Assembly (NCBI GenBank): GCA_036495665.1
Contig: DASXMM010000425.1
Coordinates: 1-55,839 of the forward strand
Origin: Candidatus Acidiferrum sp.
GTDB taxonomy: Bacteria > Acidobacteriota > Terriglobia > Acidiferrales > UBA7541
DNA length: 55,839 nucleotides
Reading direction: 5' to 3'
Every line of letters starts with the position of its first letter. The stretch's first letter is position 1. The notes beneath the pieces are model-generated. The model worked only from the letters and a program-made list of their open reading frames with translations. It was not told the DNA's origin and searched no databases. The translations under genes and the position numbers were made by a program. Positions 55,811 to 55,839 of this stretch are shown piece by piece.

Positions 55811-55839
55811 GCCCATGCTCTCAGTGAAGAGAAGTCCTT

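Noticed and set aside
1-55839. rRNA, tRNA, riboswitch or IS elements
   Set aside because: No recognisable cloverleaf, rRNA signature, transposase or terminal inverted repeats were seen by eye; a covariance-model search was not possible.

Overview
About 56 kb of a bacterial chromosome, most likely Acidobacteriota (inferred from protein style; no search was run). (1) 1-7.3 kb: three large Ser/Thr/Gly-rich surface proteins with Ig-like domains, plus a tiny sigma54-driven ORF that is essentially a bare PEP-CTERM-like sorting segment. (2) 7.8-37.9 kb: an exopolysaccharide/protein-glycosylation locus resembling the PEP-CTERM/exosortase A-associated gene set (priming sugar transferase, Wza, OM barrel, split Wzc, ExeA-like ATPase, FemAB-like protein, five GT4s, two AsnB-like proteins, two deacetylases, O-antigen-ligase-like protein, and a GNAT-ACP-GNAT-adenylation-PLP decarboxylase module). 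No exosortase or flippase gene is visible in the window. (3) 38-45 kb: a sigma54/c-di-GMP regulatory block (two enhancer-binding proteins, a soluble His kinase, two PilZ proteins, a GGDEF-PilZ protein), with matching -24/-12 promoters in the window. (4) 45-55.8 kb: two PIN toxin-antitoxin pairs flanking rpmE, a tandem-domain ThyX-like protein, and a 1349-aa S53 protease. The most unusual signal is in this protease: its last Ig domain is interrupted by a TM hairpin ending in a lipobox, which suggests an uncharacterised split-Ig lipid-anchoring mechanism. No rRNA, tRNA, CRISPR array or transposase was seen. Family names are recalled from motifs, not from database hits.
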